A DNA stretch of 64,000 bases from Candidatus Magasanikbacteria bacterium GW2011_GWC2_37_14 (lineage in GTDB: Bacteria; Patescibacteriota; Patescibacteriia; Magasanikbacterales; UBA922), in contig LBSX01000004.1 of NCBI GenBank assembly GCA_000990355.1, positions 1,757 through 65,756 on the forward strand. Direction: 5' to 3'. Made by a program: the position numbers and the translations under genes. The stretch's first letter is position 1. Each line of letters opens with the position of its first letter. Below are positions 9,417 through 18,695 of the stretch, piece by piece. Below the pieces are notes generated by a model. The model was not told the DNA's origin. It searched no databases and saw only the letters and a program-made list of their open reading frames with translations.

Positions 9417-10061
9417 TTATAATTTTAATAAAGTTTCCCAGCCTTCAAGAAGTTGTGGGGCTTGAATTTGTTTATTATTAAAAAATATAGTCGGCAGTGC
9501 TTGAATATTTAAAAGCATTGCCAATTGTTCGTTTTTTTGCAAATAATTTTTTGGCTCTGCCGAGGCTAAACAATCAGTTAATTTTTTTGAATCCAAATTA
9601 ATATTAACAGCAATCAAATCTAATACTTCTTTATTTAAGTTGTCACCATTTACAAAAGCGGTTTCGGCAAATTCATTAAATTTTTTTTGTTTATTGGCGC
9701 AATAAGCATAATTGTGAGCCAATTCGGTAGAAGCCGGGTAAACAGTACGAGATAAGCCTTTCCAAATCACTTTTACTTTTGTAGGATACTTAGTAATTAA
9801 TTCTTTTAATAATTCATGTTGAGCTTGGCAAGTAGGACAACCAAAATCTCCAAAAACTACCAAAGTTGTGCCAGTATTTTTGTTGCCAATTATTGGGTCT
9901 TCAAGATTTAAAGGTATATTGAAGCTGGTTGGTTTGATTTTTTCATATTCAGCCGCGCTGGGGTTTAGTGGGTTGTATTGAATTATTCTTACAAAGAAAA
10001 CTAGCATTACCAAAAGAATTGCCGGAATAAAAATTAATAAAAGTTGTTTGGTTTTTATCAT
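9417..10061 (-). CDS. Membrane-anchored DsbA-like thiol-disulfide oxidoreductase
   Basis: FGDFGCPTC active site, cis-Pro loop ALPTIFFN, N-terminal TM. Confidence 0.88.
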   Translation of the reverse strand: MIKTKQLLLIFIPAILLVMLVFFVRIIQYNPLNPSAAEYEKIKPTSFNIPLNLEDPIIGNKNTGTTLVVFGDFGCPTCQAQHELLKELITKYPTKVKVIWKGLSRTVYPASTELAHNYAYCANKQKKFNEFAETAFVNGDNLNKEVLDLIAVNINLDSKKLTDCLASAEPKNYLQKNEQLAMLLNIQALPTIFFNNKQIQAPQLLEGWETLLKL

Positions 10062-11275
10062 AAGCTTAAATTAAATAATCCTGTTTGATTTTTATCGGTA
10101 AAGTAAAGCGTTGTGCCATCAGGGCTTAGGTTTAAAGAATCAATGGTGTGATTTTCATTGAGTGGTACTTCAATTTTTACACCACTTTCCAAATCAATTT
10201 TAAAAATTTGGTCAGGTGTGCCATTGGCCAAAGCTGGAGCAAAGCCAGCACCAGTTTGCAAAGCAATTGGTACAGCGCAATAAGCATAGCGTTCGTCGGC
10301 AAAAGTACATTTGTCTACCCAAGTATTTACACTAAGCAAGCGGCGATTACTGCCAATATTGTCGCCTTCGGCATCAACTACCCAAATTTCTGGTTTGTAA
10401 TCGTTTCTGGCGCTATAAACACTATAAAGTAATTTTTTACCAGTTGGCGACCAAGAACTTTTTAGACCACGACCTTCTACAATAATTGAAGGAAAATTTT
10501 CTTTGTTTAAACCGACCATGAGTATTTCTTGGCGGTCATCTCCTAGTGCTTCACCAGTGGCCGAAAGAGCTACTATTTGTTTGTTTGGCGACCAATCTAC
10601 AGTTACTTTGCTAGAATTATCACCCATTGGTTCAATTAATTTAATATTTTTACCATCGGGATCCGAAGTTACCAGCCAACGATTTTCGGTTGCTAAACCT
10701 TCACTCTTGGCAGCAATTTTATCGCCAGTTGGAGAAAAGGAAAAATTTTCCCAGTGTTTTGGTAAAGAAGCTTTTTTGCCAGTATCAAAATCATAATAAA
10801 TATTAGAACCATCTGGGTATTCTAAAATTGATTCATTTTTTACTTTGGACCAAGTAACCTTTTGTACATTATAAAAAACTTCATCACTCAGGGCTTGCAT
10901 TTTTCCATTGGCGTCTAGTCGATAAAATTTTCCATCAATTTGATCATAAAATTTTACTTGCCCATCTTTGTCGGGATTAAGCCCAATTAATGGAGAATCT
11001 ACTACTTGTTTGCTAGTAATTTCTGTTTGATCAAAGCCTTGAGTGCTTGGTAAATTACCTGCAGTAGGTAAACCAACGGTAACATCGTCAGCAATAGTAG
11101 TAATGGTGCCTTCACCGGCAGTTGGTAATTTGCCTATAGTGGTAGTTGTGGTGCCTGTGCTTACATTTGATGGGGGAGTTTTTTTGGCAAAAAATACCCA
11201 ATACAATAAATAACCAAGGCCCAGACAAAGGATTACAAAGAGAATGGCAATTATTAGTCTTTTTTTGTTATCCAT
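10058..11275 (-). CDS. Membrane-anchored TolB-like beta-propeller protein
   Basis: N-terminal TM, Thr-rich linker, repeats FSFSPTG, VDWSPNK, SSWSPTG, LNLSPDG. Confidence 0.75.
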   Translation of the reverse strand: MDNKKRLIIAILFVILCLGLGYLLYWVFFAKKTPPSNVSTGTTTTTIGKLPTAGEGTITTIADDVTVGLPTAGNLPSTQGFDQTEITSKQVVDSPLIGLNPDKDGQVKFYDQIDGKFYRLDANGKMQALSDEVFYNVQKVTWSKVKNESILEYPDGSNIYYDFDTGKKASLPKHWENFSFSPTGDKIAAKSEGLATENRWLVTSDPDGKNIKLIEPMGDNSSKVTVDWSPNKQIVALSATGEALGDDRQEILMVGLNKENFPSIIVEGRGLKSSWSPTGKKLLYSVYSARNDYKPEIWVVDAEGDNIGSNRRLLSVNTWVDKCTFADERYAYCAVPIALQTGAGFAPALANGTPDQIFKIDLESGVKIEVPLNENHTIDSLNLSPDGTTLYFTDKNQTGLFNLSL

Positions 11276-11302
11276 AGATAATTAATAAAAAATAAAATTT
11301 AT

Positions 11303-12688
11303 TTATTTCTGGGTTTTATTTCTAAACAAAGAGGCATTGTATAATTTATTGATTTGTAAACTAGTTTCTTTTATTTGTTTTTCAATATTTTTCACTTGTT
11401 TGTCAATATTACTTATTGATTTTTCTTTGGCGATGTTTTTTATTTCTGTGTTTACTTCTTTTATTTCTTTATTTATTTTTCGGTATTTGGGATAAAATCT
11501 CCAAACAAGTGGTAAACAAATAAAAATAAGCACAATTATAATTCCTCTAAGCTTGCGTTTTTTCTTTTTTAAAACATCTAGTTTGTCTTGCAAAGGTTTG
11601 TTTAATCTATTGTATTCTCGTTTTCGCTGGCCAATTAAACTACTTTTTTGGTTTGTTAGTTGTTCACTGATTCCTTCTAGTGGTTGTATTTTTTCACGAT
11701 TGCGCTGCGCGTTTATCATTTGGGTAAAACCGCTGCGTTGTTTAATTTTTTCTTGAGGATCTTCCTGTGGTTTGCCGTCTTCACCATTACCTTCTGGCTG
11801 ACTAGTACCATCGCCATTTTGGTTTTGGTTTGCACCAGTAGATTTAGCATCATTAGCGGTATCTTGGTTTGGTAAACCAGTCTGAGTATCAGCTTCGCCG
11901 TTTTCTGTTGGCATGCTGGGGGCAGTGTCGGTTGGTTTTTCTCCAGTATCATCTTGATTAGTTGGTGCAGTTTTGTTGTCTGGACTTGCTGGTTGTTTTG
12001 AAGGTGCTGTTTCTGGCGTTGTTTCTGGGTTCTGTTCAACAGGTTTTTCGGTAGGAGCTGTTTTGGGCTCAATTGGTGGTGGTAGGTCAGGATTTTCTGC
12101 TATTGGAGGAGTTGGTGGATTTTGGGGAATTCCACTGTCAGTTGGTTCTGGAGCGTTTGTTCCATTTGTATCGTCTTCATTACCACCGCTATTGTCGTCG
12201 TTATTACCAGCTGGATTACTACCGGCAGCTTGGGTAGGTGTGGCAATATTACCAGTTTTATTTGTTGATTTTGGTCCAGTTGGTTTTTGTTGGGCACCAG
12301 TAGTTGTTGGAGCTAGCGCTGTACCCTCATCTTCTGCAGATTCAGTTTCGTCTGTAGGGGTAGTAGTTTTAGGAGCCTCGGCAATCAGATCTCCTTCGGG
12401 AACTAATTCTGGTTCTTCTAAACCTAAATTTTCAATAGCAGACACAGCTTCTTCTTCTCCTAACTCATTTCCAACTGCTTGAATCAAGGCGGCATTTTTG
12501 ATAGCGTCTGTCATTGTTGCTTGTTCAACAATTTTTTTGGTTTCTTCCTCAGCAACTTGTTCGGCAATTTTTCTTATTTCTTTTTCAATATCTGGTTCAG
12601 CTGTTTCGGCCACGCTTTTAGCGGTATTATTAATTAGACCAGGTTTGATAGTTAATTTTTTATTAAATTGTTGGCTATTTTTGGCCAT
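11303..12688 (-). CDS. Low-complexity protein with C-terminal TM and basic coiled coil
   Basis: 461-aa ORF; P/T/N/E-rich middle; GIIIVLIFICLPLVW flanked by Lys-rich helices. Confidence 0.75.
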   Translation of the reverse strand: MAKNSQQFNKKLTIKPGLINNTAKSVAETAEPDIEKEIRKIAEQVAEEETKKIVEQATMTDAIKNAALIQAVGNELGEEEAVSAIENLGLEEPELVPEGDLIAEAPKTTTPTDETESAEDEGTALAPTTTGAQQKPTGPKSTNKTGNIATPTQAAGSNPAGNNDDNSGGNEDDTNGTNAPEPTDSGIPQNPPTPPIAENPDLPPPIEPKTAPTEKPVEQNPETTPETAPSKQPASPDNKTAPTNQDDTGEKPTDTAPSMPTENGEADTQTGLPNQDTANDAKSTGANQNQNGDGTSQPEGNGEDGKPQEDPQEKIKQRSGFTQMINAQRNREKIQPLEGISEQLTNQKSSLIGQRKREYNRLNKPLQDKLDVLKKKKRKLRGIIIVLIFICLPLVWRFYPKYRKINKEIKEVNTEIKNIAKEKSISNIDKQVKNIEKQIKETSLQINKLYNASLFRNKTQK

Positions 12689-12689
12689 G

Positions 12690-13028
12690 TTAGTTACTAA
12701 AAACTTTTAACAATTTATTACATTCTAAATAATATTTTTTATATTCGTTTTCTATAAACAAATTACTAATAAATCCCAGATTTTCTTTTTCTTCTTCTAA
12801 ATGTAAAATCATTAGTTTGGCTCGAACTTTTATAACAGCTTGCAAATAATAATTTATATCTAAACTAGAATCATTTGGATTTTGGTATATTTTAAGTAAT
12901 TGATTTTTAAAATAACCAAGTTCTTCTTTTATTTGTTGGCGTTTTTGGGCTAGTGGTTGTTTGGGGGTATTTTTTTGTTGTTGTGTTTTTTTCAACACCG
13001 TTGCCCATTGTTGTTCGAAGTTTGGCAT
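12690..13028 (-). CDS. Hypothetical protein
   Basis: Co-directional ORF; ATG 13043 lies inside a repeat so ATG 13028 is preferred. Confidence 0.65.
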   Translation of the reverse strand: MPNFEQQWATVLKKTQQQKNTPKQPLAQKRQQIKEELGYFKNQLLKIYQNPNDSSLDINYYLQAVIKVRAKLMILHLEEEKENLGFISNLFIENEYKKYYLECNKLLKVFSN

Positions 13029-13037
13029 ATTTTTGGT

Positions 13038-13137
13038 TGTCATGCTGAATCCTGAAATAAATTCAGGACAAGTACCATTTCAGCATCCCAGGGGATCCTG
13101 AAACAAGTTCAGGATGACAATTGTTTTCAGGATGACA
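13038..13137. repeat. Family A element with nested palindrome and extra right end
   Basis: TGTCATGCTGAA..TTCAGCATC..GATCCTGAAACAAGTTCAGGATGACA; nested TCCTGAAATAAATTCAGGA; second TTCAGGATGACA at 13126-13137. Confidence 0.9.
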
Positions 13138-13142
13138 GTTGT

Positions 13143-15662
13143 TTACTTTAACTGGTAATTATTTTCTGTAACCATCATTTGATAAGTTTTTTTGCGATTA
13201 TTTTTTTGTAAAATGTCAATTACCAAATCCTGAAAAGTATCTTGCAGTATTTTTTCTACTTGGCGGGCGCCTTCGTTTTCATTCCAAGATTCTTCGGCCA
13301 TTTTTTCCAAAGCGTCTTTGCTCAAATTAATTATTAAATTTTGTGTTTCTTTTAATTTGTTATTTAATAAATCTACTTGATTTTTTATAATTTCTTTAAT
13401 AGTATTTTTGTTTAATGGTGAAAAAATTAAAATATTATCTAAACGTCCAATAATTGTGGAAGTTAGTTCTTCTTTTAATTTGTTTTTAATATTTTTTTCT
13501 AATTCGGGATTAAATTCTGATGTGCTGGCGCCAAAACCAAAACCTTGGTTTTTAAAATATTCGGCGCCAAGATTGGTAGTTAAAATAATTACTGCATGGT
13601 TGAAATGAGTTTTTTTACCACCACTATCAGTTAATTGGCCTTCATCCAAAATTTGTAAGAGTAATTTAATAACATCGGGGTGGGCTTTGTCTATTTCGTC
13701 CAAAAGTAATACACAATAGGGACGGCGACGAATATCTTCTAAAAAGCGATTGCGTTCTTTGTAGCCCACATAGCCAGCTGGGGAGCCCAAGAGTTTGGAA
13801 GTACTGTGACTTTCGGAAAATTCACTCATATCTAGTTTAACCAGAGCTTTTTCATCGTGAAATAATTCTTTGGCTAATATTTTGGCTAAATAAGTTTTGC
13901 CCACACCGCTGGGGCCGGCAAATAAAAATGAGGCAAAGGGGCACTTTTTATTTTTTAATCCCAAACTAGCTTGACGGAGATTTTTTACCAGAGTTTTAAT
14001 GGTGTTTTCTTGTCCAAATAAATTTTGATTTAATCTTTCTGCCAAAGTGCTTAATTCCTGCCACTCATTATTGGTTAATATTTTTTCGTCGATGTTTAAA
14101 CGAGTGGCTAGTACATGAATAATATGTTCAGCACCTACTTTTTTGGTAATTATTTTTTTATTTTTTTGCAAACTTTTTTCTACATTATTTATACTTACAA
14201 TGGTATCTTCTAGTTGTTTTTTAAGTTCCAAAGCCTCGTTAAAATTACCACTACTAACAGCCAGGTCTTTTTTGCTAATAATTTCTTCTAAATTTTTTCT
14301 TAATTTGATAATTTTTTCTTCTTGCAGGTTGAGTTTGACTCCCGAACGCACATAGGCACAAGCTTCATCTAATAAATCAATTGTCTTGTCGGGTTGAAAA
14401 TTATCATGAATATAACGGTCGCTTAATTTTTGTGAGGTGATTAAAGCCTCGGCCGTAATTTTTAAATGATGGAAATTTTCGTAGTATTTTTTTATGCCCA
14501 ATAAAATTTCTGCAGTCTCGGCTTCATTGGGTTCATCTACCAAAATTGTTTGAAAACGTCGCTCTAGTGCTGGATCATTGGCTAAATGTTTTTTGTATTC
14601 ATCCAAAGTGGTGGCGCCAATACAACGTAGTAGCCCTCGGGCCAAAGCTGGTTTTAAAATATTGGCCGCATCCATGGCTCCTTGCGAAGAACCAGCGCCA
14701 ATAATATTGTGTAGTTCATCGATAAATAAAATAATATTGGGTGATTTACTTACCTCATCAATTACTTGTTTTAGCCGGGCTTCAAATTCGCCACGGTAAA
14801 TAGTCCCAGAGATTAAAAGGGTCATGTCTAGTGACAATAGTTTTTTACCGCGTAGTACTGCTGGTACTTTGTTTTCACTAATGCGTTTGGCCAAGCCTTC
14901 GACAATGGCAGTTTTGCCCACCCCTGGCTCGCCAATCAAGACTGGATTGTTTTTGGTGCGGCGGGCTAAAATATTTACTAGTCTTTCTATTTCTGACTCT
15001 CGGCCAATTACGGGGTCAATATTTTTTTGGATTTTTTCGTCGGTTAAATTGGTAGTATATAAATCCAAGGCACTAGAATTTCCGCGTTTATTTTTTGGTA
15101 AAGTAGAGGACCGTGGTGGCATTAGTGGTTCACGTTCATCATTGCCAAAAGTTTCTTCTAATTGCGACATAATACTGCCAACTTCTTCTATATCGGGAAA
15201 ATTACTAATACTCTGGACAATACTTTCTATTTGTTCGGTTATTTGGGCGTTGGAAATTTTAAAATAAGCCAAAGTTTTTTTAATTTCTTGATCATCACAA
15301 TTTATTAAGCCGTGCAATAAATGTTCACTACCTACATGGGCATGTCCGCGTTCGTAAGCCAAGAGCATGGCTTTTTCCATAGCTTTGCGAGCATTGGTAT
15401 TAAGTTGTGGCAAAATGGCGGTGGCAGTTTTTTCCGTGCCTAGTAGGGGAGTAGTTTCCAAAAGTTTATAAAGAATGTCGTTGTTCCATTTAAATTTATT
15501 TAAAATTTCCGCGGCGACTGAGCCTTTTTCTTCGTACAAGACAATCAAAAGCATAAGTGGATTCACTTGTGTTTGTTCCAAAGAAGTTGCCAAAGCCATG
15601 GCCTTGGCAACAATGTTTTTTAGATGTGAGGAAAAACGCTCCAAAATCTGTTCTGGATTCAT
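13143..15662 (-). CDS. clpC: ATP-dependent Clp protease ATP-binding subunit ClpC
   Basis: Clp-N repeats (VGSEHLL), GEPGVGKT/FIDELH, short UVR-like middle domain, GPSGVGKT/LLDEIDK, GFGF loop. Confidence 0.9.
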   Translation of the reverse strand: MNPEQILERFSSHLKNIVAKAMALATSLEQTQVNPLMLLIVLYEEKGSVAAEILNKFKWNNDILYKLLETTPLLGTEKTATAILPQLNTNARKAMEKAMLLAYERGHAHVGSEHLLHGLINCDDQEIKKTLAYFKISNAQITEQIESIVQSISNFPDIEEVGSIMSQLEETFGNDEREPLMPPRSSTLPKNKRGNSSALDLYTTNLTDEKIQKNIDPVIGRESEIERLVNILARRTKNNPVLIGEPGVGKTAIVEGLAKRISENKVPAVLRGKKLLSLDMTLLISGTIYRGEFEARLKQVIDEVSKSPNIILFIDELHNIIGAGSSQGAMDAANILKPALARGLLRCIGATTLDEYKKHLANDPALERRFQTILVDEPNEAETAEILLGIKKYYENFHHLKITAEALITSQKLSDRYIHDNFQPDKTIDLLDEACAYVRSGVKLNLQEEKIIKLRKNLEEIISKKDLAVSSGNFNEALELKKQLEDTIVSINNVEKSLQKNKKIITKKVGAEHIIHVLATRLNIDEKILTNNEWQELSTLAERLNQNLFGQENTIKTLVKNLRQASLGLKNKKCPFASFLFAGPSGVGKTYLAKILAKELFHDEKALVKLDMSEFSESHSTSKLLGSPAGYVGYKERNRFLEDIRRRPYCVLLLDEIDKAHPDVIKLLLQILDEGQLTDSGGKKTHFNHAVIILTTNLGAEYFKNQGFGFGASTSEFNPELEKNIKNKLKEELTSTIIGRLDNILIFSPLNKNTIKEIIKNQVDLLNNKLKETQNLIINLSKDALEKMAEESWNENEGARQVEKILQDTFQDLVIDILQKNNRKKTYQMMVTENNYQLK

Positions 15663-15811
15663 AATTATGTGCGAAATACTAATATTACGAAAGTACGAAA
15701 TTTTCGAACTTCGTACATCTGCAGTTAACCCTTGATATAACTGCTATAATATTATATACTTTTTTCAGTTTTTAAGCAAAGTTTAAATATAGTTAATTTA
15801 TTATAATTATT

Positions 15812-17239
15812 ATGCAAATAAATCCACATATTTTTCGCGGTTATGATTTGCGCGGTTTGGCAGGCGAAGATCTCAATCCTTTGATAGCCGAACATTTGGG
15901 TAAGGCCTTTGGTACTTTTTTGTTGAGAAGAGATATACATGATGTAGTAGTTGGGCATGACTGTCGATCCACTAGTTCGGAGTATAGTGTTGCTTTAATT
16001 AAAGGACTTTTGTCAACTGGCGTTGATGTGGTTGATATTGGTATGAGCTTGGTAGGGACACTATATTGGTCACAATATTATTTTAAGCACAAAGGTGGGG
16101 TTTTTGTGACTGCTTCACACAACCCAGCACAGTATAATGGTTTTAAATTTGCCCATGATTTTTCTAGTACTTTGGTTTATGAAGAATTGCAAGAATTACG
16201 CAAGTTGGCGGAGATAGAGGATTATATTATTGCTGGTCAGCCGGGTAAATTAAAAGAATCTGGCATTAATGATTTATATATTAAAGATTTAGCTGGTCGT
16301 TTTGGTAAGTACAAAAATTTTAAGGTTTTAATTGATTCTGGCAATAATAATTCAGCTTTGATTGCTCCGGAGTTATTTAGACAAGTTGGGTGTGAAGTAT
16401 TTGAAAAAAATACAAATATAGATTCTAGCTTTCCGTTGGGTACTCCTGACCCCACTGACAAAATTGTGATGCAGAGATTGGCGGATGAAGTAATGAGCGC
16501 TGGTGCAGGAATTGGTTTTACTTACGATGCCGACGGCGATCGTCTTGGGGTGGTTGGAAATCAAGGCGAATTTGTGTGGAATGATGTGTTAGTGGCCTTG
16601 TTTGCGGCCGATGTTTTACACGATAACCCAGGCGCAAAAATTGTTTTTAATACTCTTTGTTCCAAAATTGTGGTGGACACTATAAAAAATAATGGCGGTA
16701 TTCCTGTGATGTGTCGCACTGGTCATTCTTTTATTAAAGCTAAAGCTAAGGAAGTACAAGCAAAATTTGCTGGTGAATTGTCAGGACATTTTTTCTTTTT
16801 AGATAAATTTTATCCGCACGACGATGGTCCTTATGCCACATTAAGAGTTTTAGACTATCTATCTAAAACCAATCAAACTTTGAGTCAGGCTATTGCTAGT
16901 TTACCCTTTTATATTTCTAGTCCAGAAATTAAAGTGTTTTGTGCTGATGATAAAAAAGTAGAATTGATGAGTAGAATTAGTCCTATATTGAAAAAAGATT
17001 TTCCTGAAGCAGAAGTAATTGATGATGAAAGAGCAGCCGACGGTGTACGTTTGGAATTGTTTGATGGAATGTTTGTGGTACGATATTCACAAAATGGACC
17101 TTATCTAACTGTTAAGTTTGAGGCCAAGACACAAGAAAAATATCAAGAATTAAAACAATACATTGATAAATTATTACATCAGTTTGGAGATATTGATTGG
17201 CAATCTAAAATGAATGTAAATATTGAGTCTTTGGACTAA
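15812..17239 (+). CDS. Phosphomannomutase/phosphoglucomutase
   Basis: IFRGYDLRG, TASHNP, DADGDR, GELSGH. Confidence 0.95.
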   Translation: MQINPHIFRGYDLRGLAGEDLNPLIAEHLGKAFGTFLLRRDIHDVVVGHDCRSTSSEYSVALIKGLLSTGVDVVDIGMSLVGTLYWSQYYFKHKGGVFVTASHNPAQYNGFKFAHDFSSTLVYEELQELRKLAEIEDYIIAGQPGKLKESGINDLYIKDLAGRFGKYKNFKVLIDSGNNNSALIAPELFRQVGCEVFEKNTNIDSSFPLGTPDPTDKIVMQRLADEVMSAGAGIGFTYDADGDRLGVVGNQGEFVWNDVLVALFAADVLHDNPGAKIVFNTLCSKIVVDTIKNNGGIPVMCRTGHSFIKAKAKEVQAKFAGELSGHFFFLDKFYPHDDGPYATLRVLDYLSKTNQTLSQAIASLPFYISSPEIKVFCADDKKVELMSRISPILKKDFPEAEVIDDERAADGVRLELFDGMFVVRYSQNGPYLTVKFEAKTQEKYQELKQYIDKLLHQFGDIDWQSKMNVNIESLD

Positions 17240-17276
17240 AAAATTAGCAGAAATAAAAAAAATAATTATTTAATTT

Positions 17277-17984
17277 ATGTTAAAAGAAGGTCGAAGAGTT
17301 GTTCCACCAGTAGATTCAGGAAGTGAAATATTGGTAGGTAGTAAGATAGACTGCATAGAGACTGGTTTCAATCCAAATTTTAGTTTGGCAGAGTTTGTTG
17401 AAAAAAGAGTGGCTGATGAGAGTCGTTTTTTGGGGAGGGGTGGAGTTGGCAAAGTGTTTGAGTTGGGACATGGTTTGTGTATAAAAATTATGGAAAATAG
17501 ACATACCAAACCAGATGCGCACAAATATAATCTGGGCAATTCACCACTTGATGAGTTTAGAATTCAAAATCGTTTGCGTGGCTTTGAAGCAAGTGGTTGT
17601 TTTGCGCCAAATACAGTAGCTTGTTATGCTGGGGCAGAAACATCAGCCATTATGATGGAGCAAATTGATGGTGCTGAATTACAAAAAATTTTAAATGGCG
17701 AGGAAGTATTGCCAGATAGTTTTGATTTTGATACTTTTTTTGAAGCGTTGGATGATTATCTTCAGGAGATGCACGATCGTTTTGGTATTGTTCATAATGA
17801 TTTGGAGCCAAGAAATCTTATGGTTGACAGGACTACGGGTTTGCCCAGACTTATAGATTTTGGGCGATCTTTAGAAGTAGGTGCTTTGGATACACAAAAA
17901 GCAGAAAGGATTAAAAACGCAGAATTAGATAAAATGGATGTTGTTTATCAAACAGTGGAGAGATTTTTAAATAAAATAAATTAA
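17277..17984 (+). CDS. Protein kinase-like protein with short C-lobe
   Basis: LGRGGVGKV, CIK, HNDLEPRNLMV, LIDFG. Confidence 0.85.
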   Translation: MLKEGRRVVPPVDSGSEILVGSKIDCIETGFNPNFSLAEFVEKRVADESRFLGRGGVGKVFELGHGLCIKIMENRHTKPDAHKYNLGNSPLDEFRIQNRLRGFEASGCFAPNTVACYAGAETSAIMMEQIDGAELQKILNGEEVLPDSFDFDTFFEALDDYLQEMHDRFGIVHNDLEPRNLMVDRTTGLPRLIDFGRSLEVGALDTQKAERIKNAELDKMDVVYQTVERFLNKIN

Positions 17985-18000
17985 TTTTAATATCAATTAT

Positions 18001-18246
18001 ATGAATGCTTTTTCAGAAGGGCCTAGTGTTTCGGGTGAATATTCTCCAGAAATTTTACAGGCAGCTGAAGCTTTGGCACACGAAATGCTCTTGAAAGGAG
18101 AAACAGGGGTGCGCAAGTTTCCTTTTGGCCAGAGAGCCGGTGACTTGTTTTTAACTACTGATCCTAATTTAGTTATTGGTTCCAAAACTATAGAAGTAGA
18201 GGATCAGACATTTTATATTGGTTTATCTTTGGCTGGTGAGAATTAA
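18001..18246 (+). CDS. Small acidic hypothetical protein
   Basis: ATG 16 bp after kinase stop, ends before terminator. Confidence 0.6.
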   Translation: MNAFSEGPSVSGEYSPEILQAAEALAHEMLLKGETGVRKFPFGQRAGDLFLTTDPNLVIGSKTIEVEDQTFYIGLSLAGEN

Positions 18247-18278
18247 AATCTTGTAGCAGTGTATTAGTGCAGTAATAC

Positions 18279-18306
18279 AAAACCCCGGGATGAACCCGGG
18301 GTTTTT
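18279..18306. terminator. Bidirectional intrinsic terminator
   Basis: AAAACCCCGGG-atgaa-CCCGGGGTTTT between convergent genes. Confidence 0.85.
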
Positions 18307-18318
18307 CTATGTATATGT

Positions 18319-18579
18319 TTACATCTGTGCTGGAGGAGTTGGTGGGGTAGTAGTTTTGTGTTCACAACAGCCACCAGAACAATTATGCTTAGCAAACACG
18401 TAAATGTACAAAATTTCCAAAATACCTACAGTATTGATTATGCACAAGGCAATAAACCAGCCCAAATCATTGTTACGGGCGGCTTTCCAAAGTGCAATGG
18501 CTTTCCAAACGCCAGACCAAATTACCACAGCGGTAATTAATAGGCCAAATCCGGCGATAAATGGAACAATGTCTTCCAT
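18319..18579 (-). CDS. DUF5652-like small membrane protein
   Basis: WKAIALWKAARNNDLGWFIALCIINTVGILEILYI. Confidence 0.8.
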   Translation of the reverse strand: MEDIVPFIAGFGLLITAVVIWSGVWKAIALWKAARNNDLGWFIALCIINTVGILEILYIYVFAKHNCSGGCCEHKTTTPPTPPAQM

Positions 18580-18606
18580 ATTTTATTGTTTAAGAATTAA
18601 ACGGTT

Positions 18607-18688
18607 TGTCATGCTGAATCCTGAAATAAATTCAGGACAAGTACCATTTCAGCATCCCCAGGGATCCTGAAACAAGTTCAGGATGACA
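18607..18688. repeat. Family A element with nested palindrome
   Basis: 82 bp, differs from 13038-13119 only at CCCCAGGG vs CCCAGGGG. Confidence 0.92.
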
Positions 18689-18695
18689 GTTGTTG

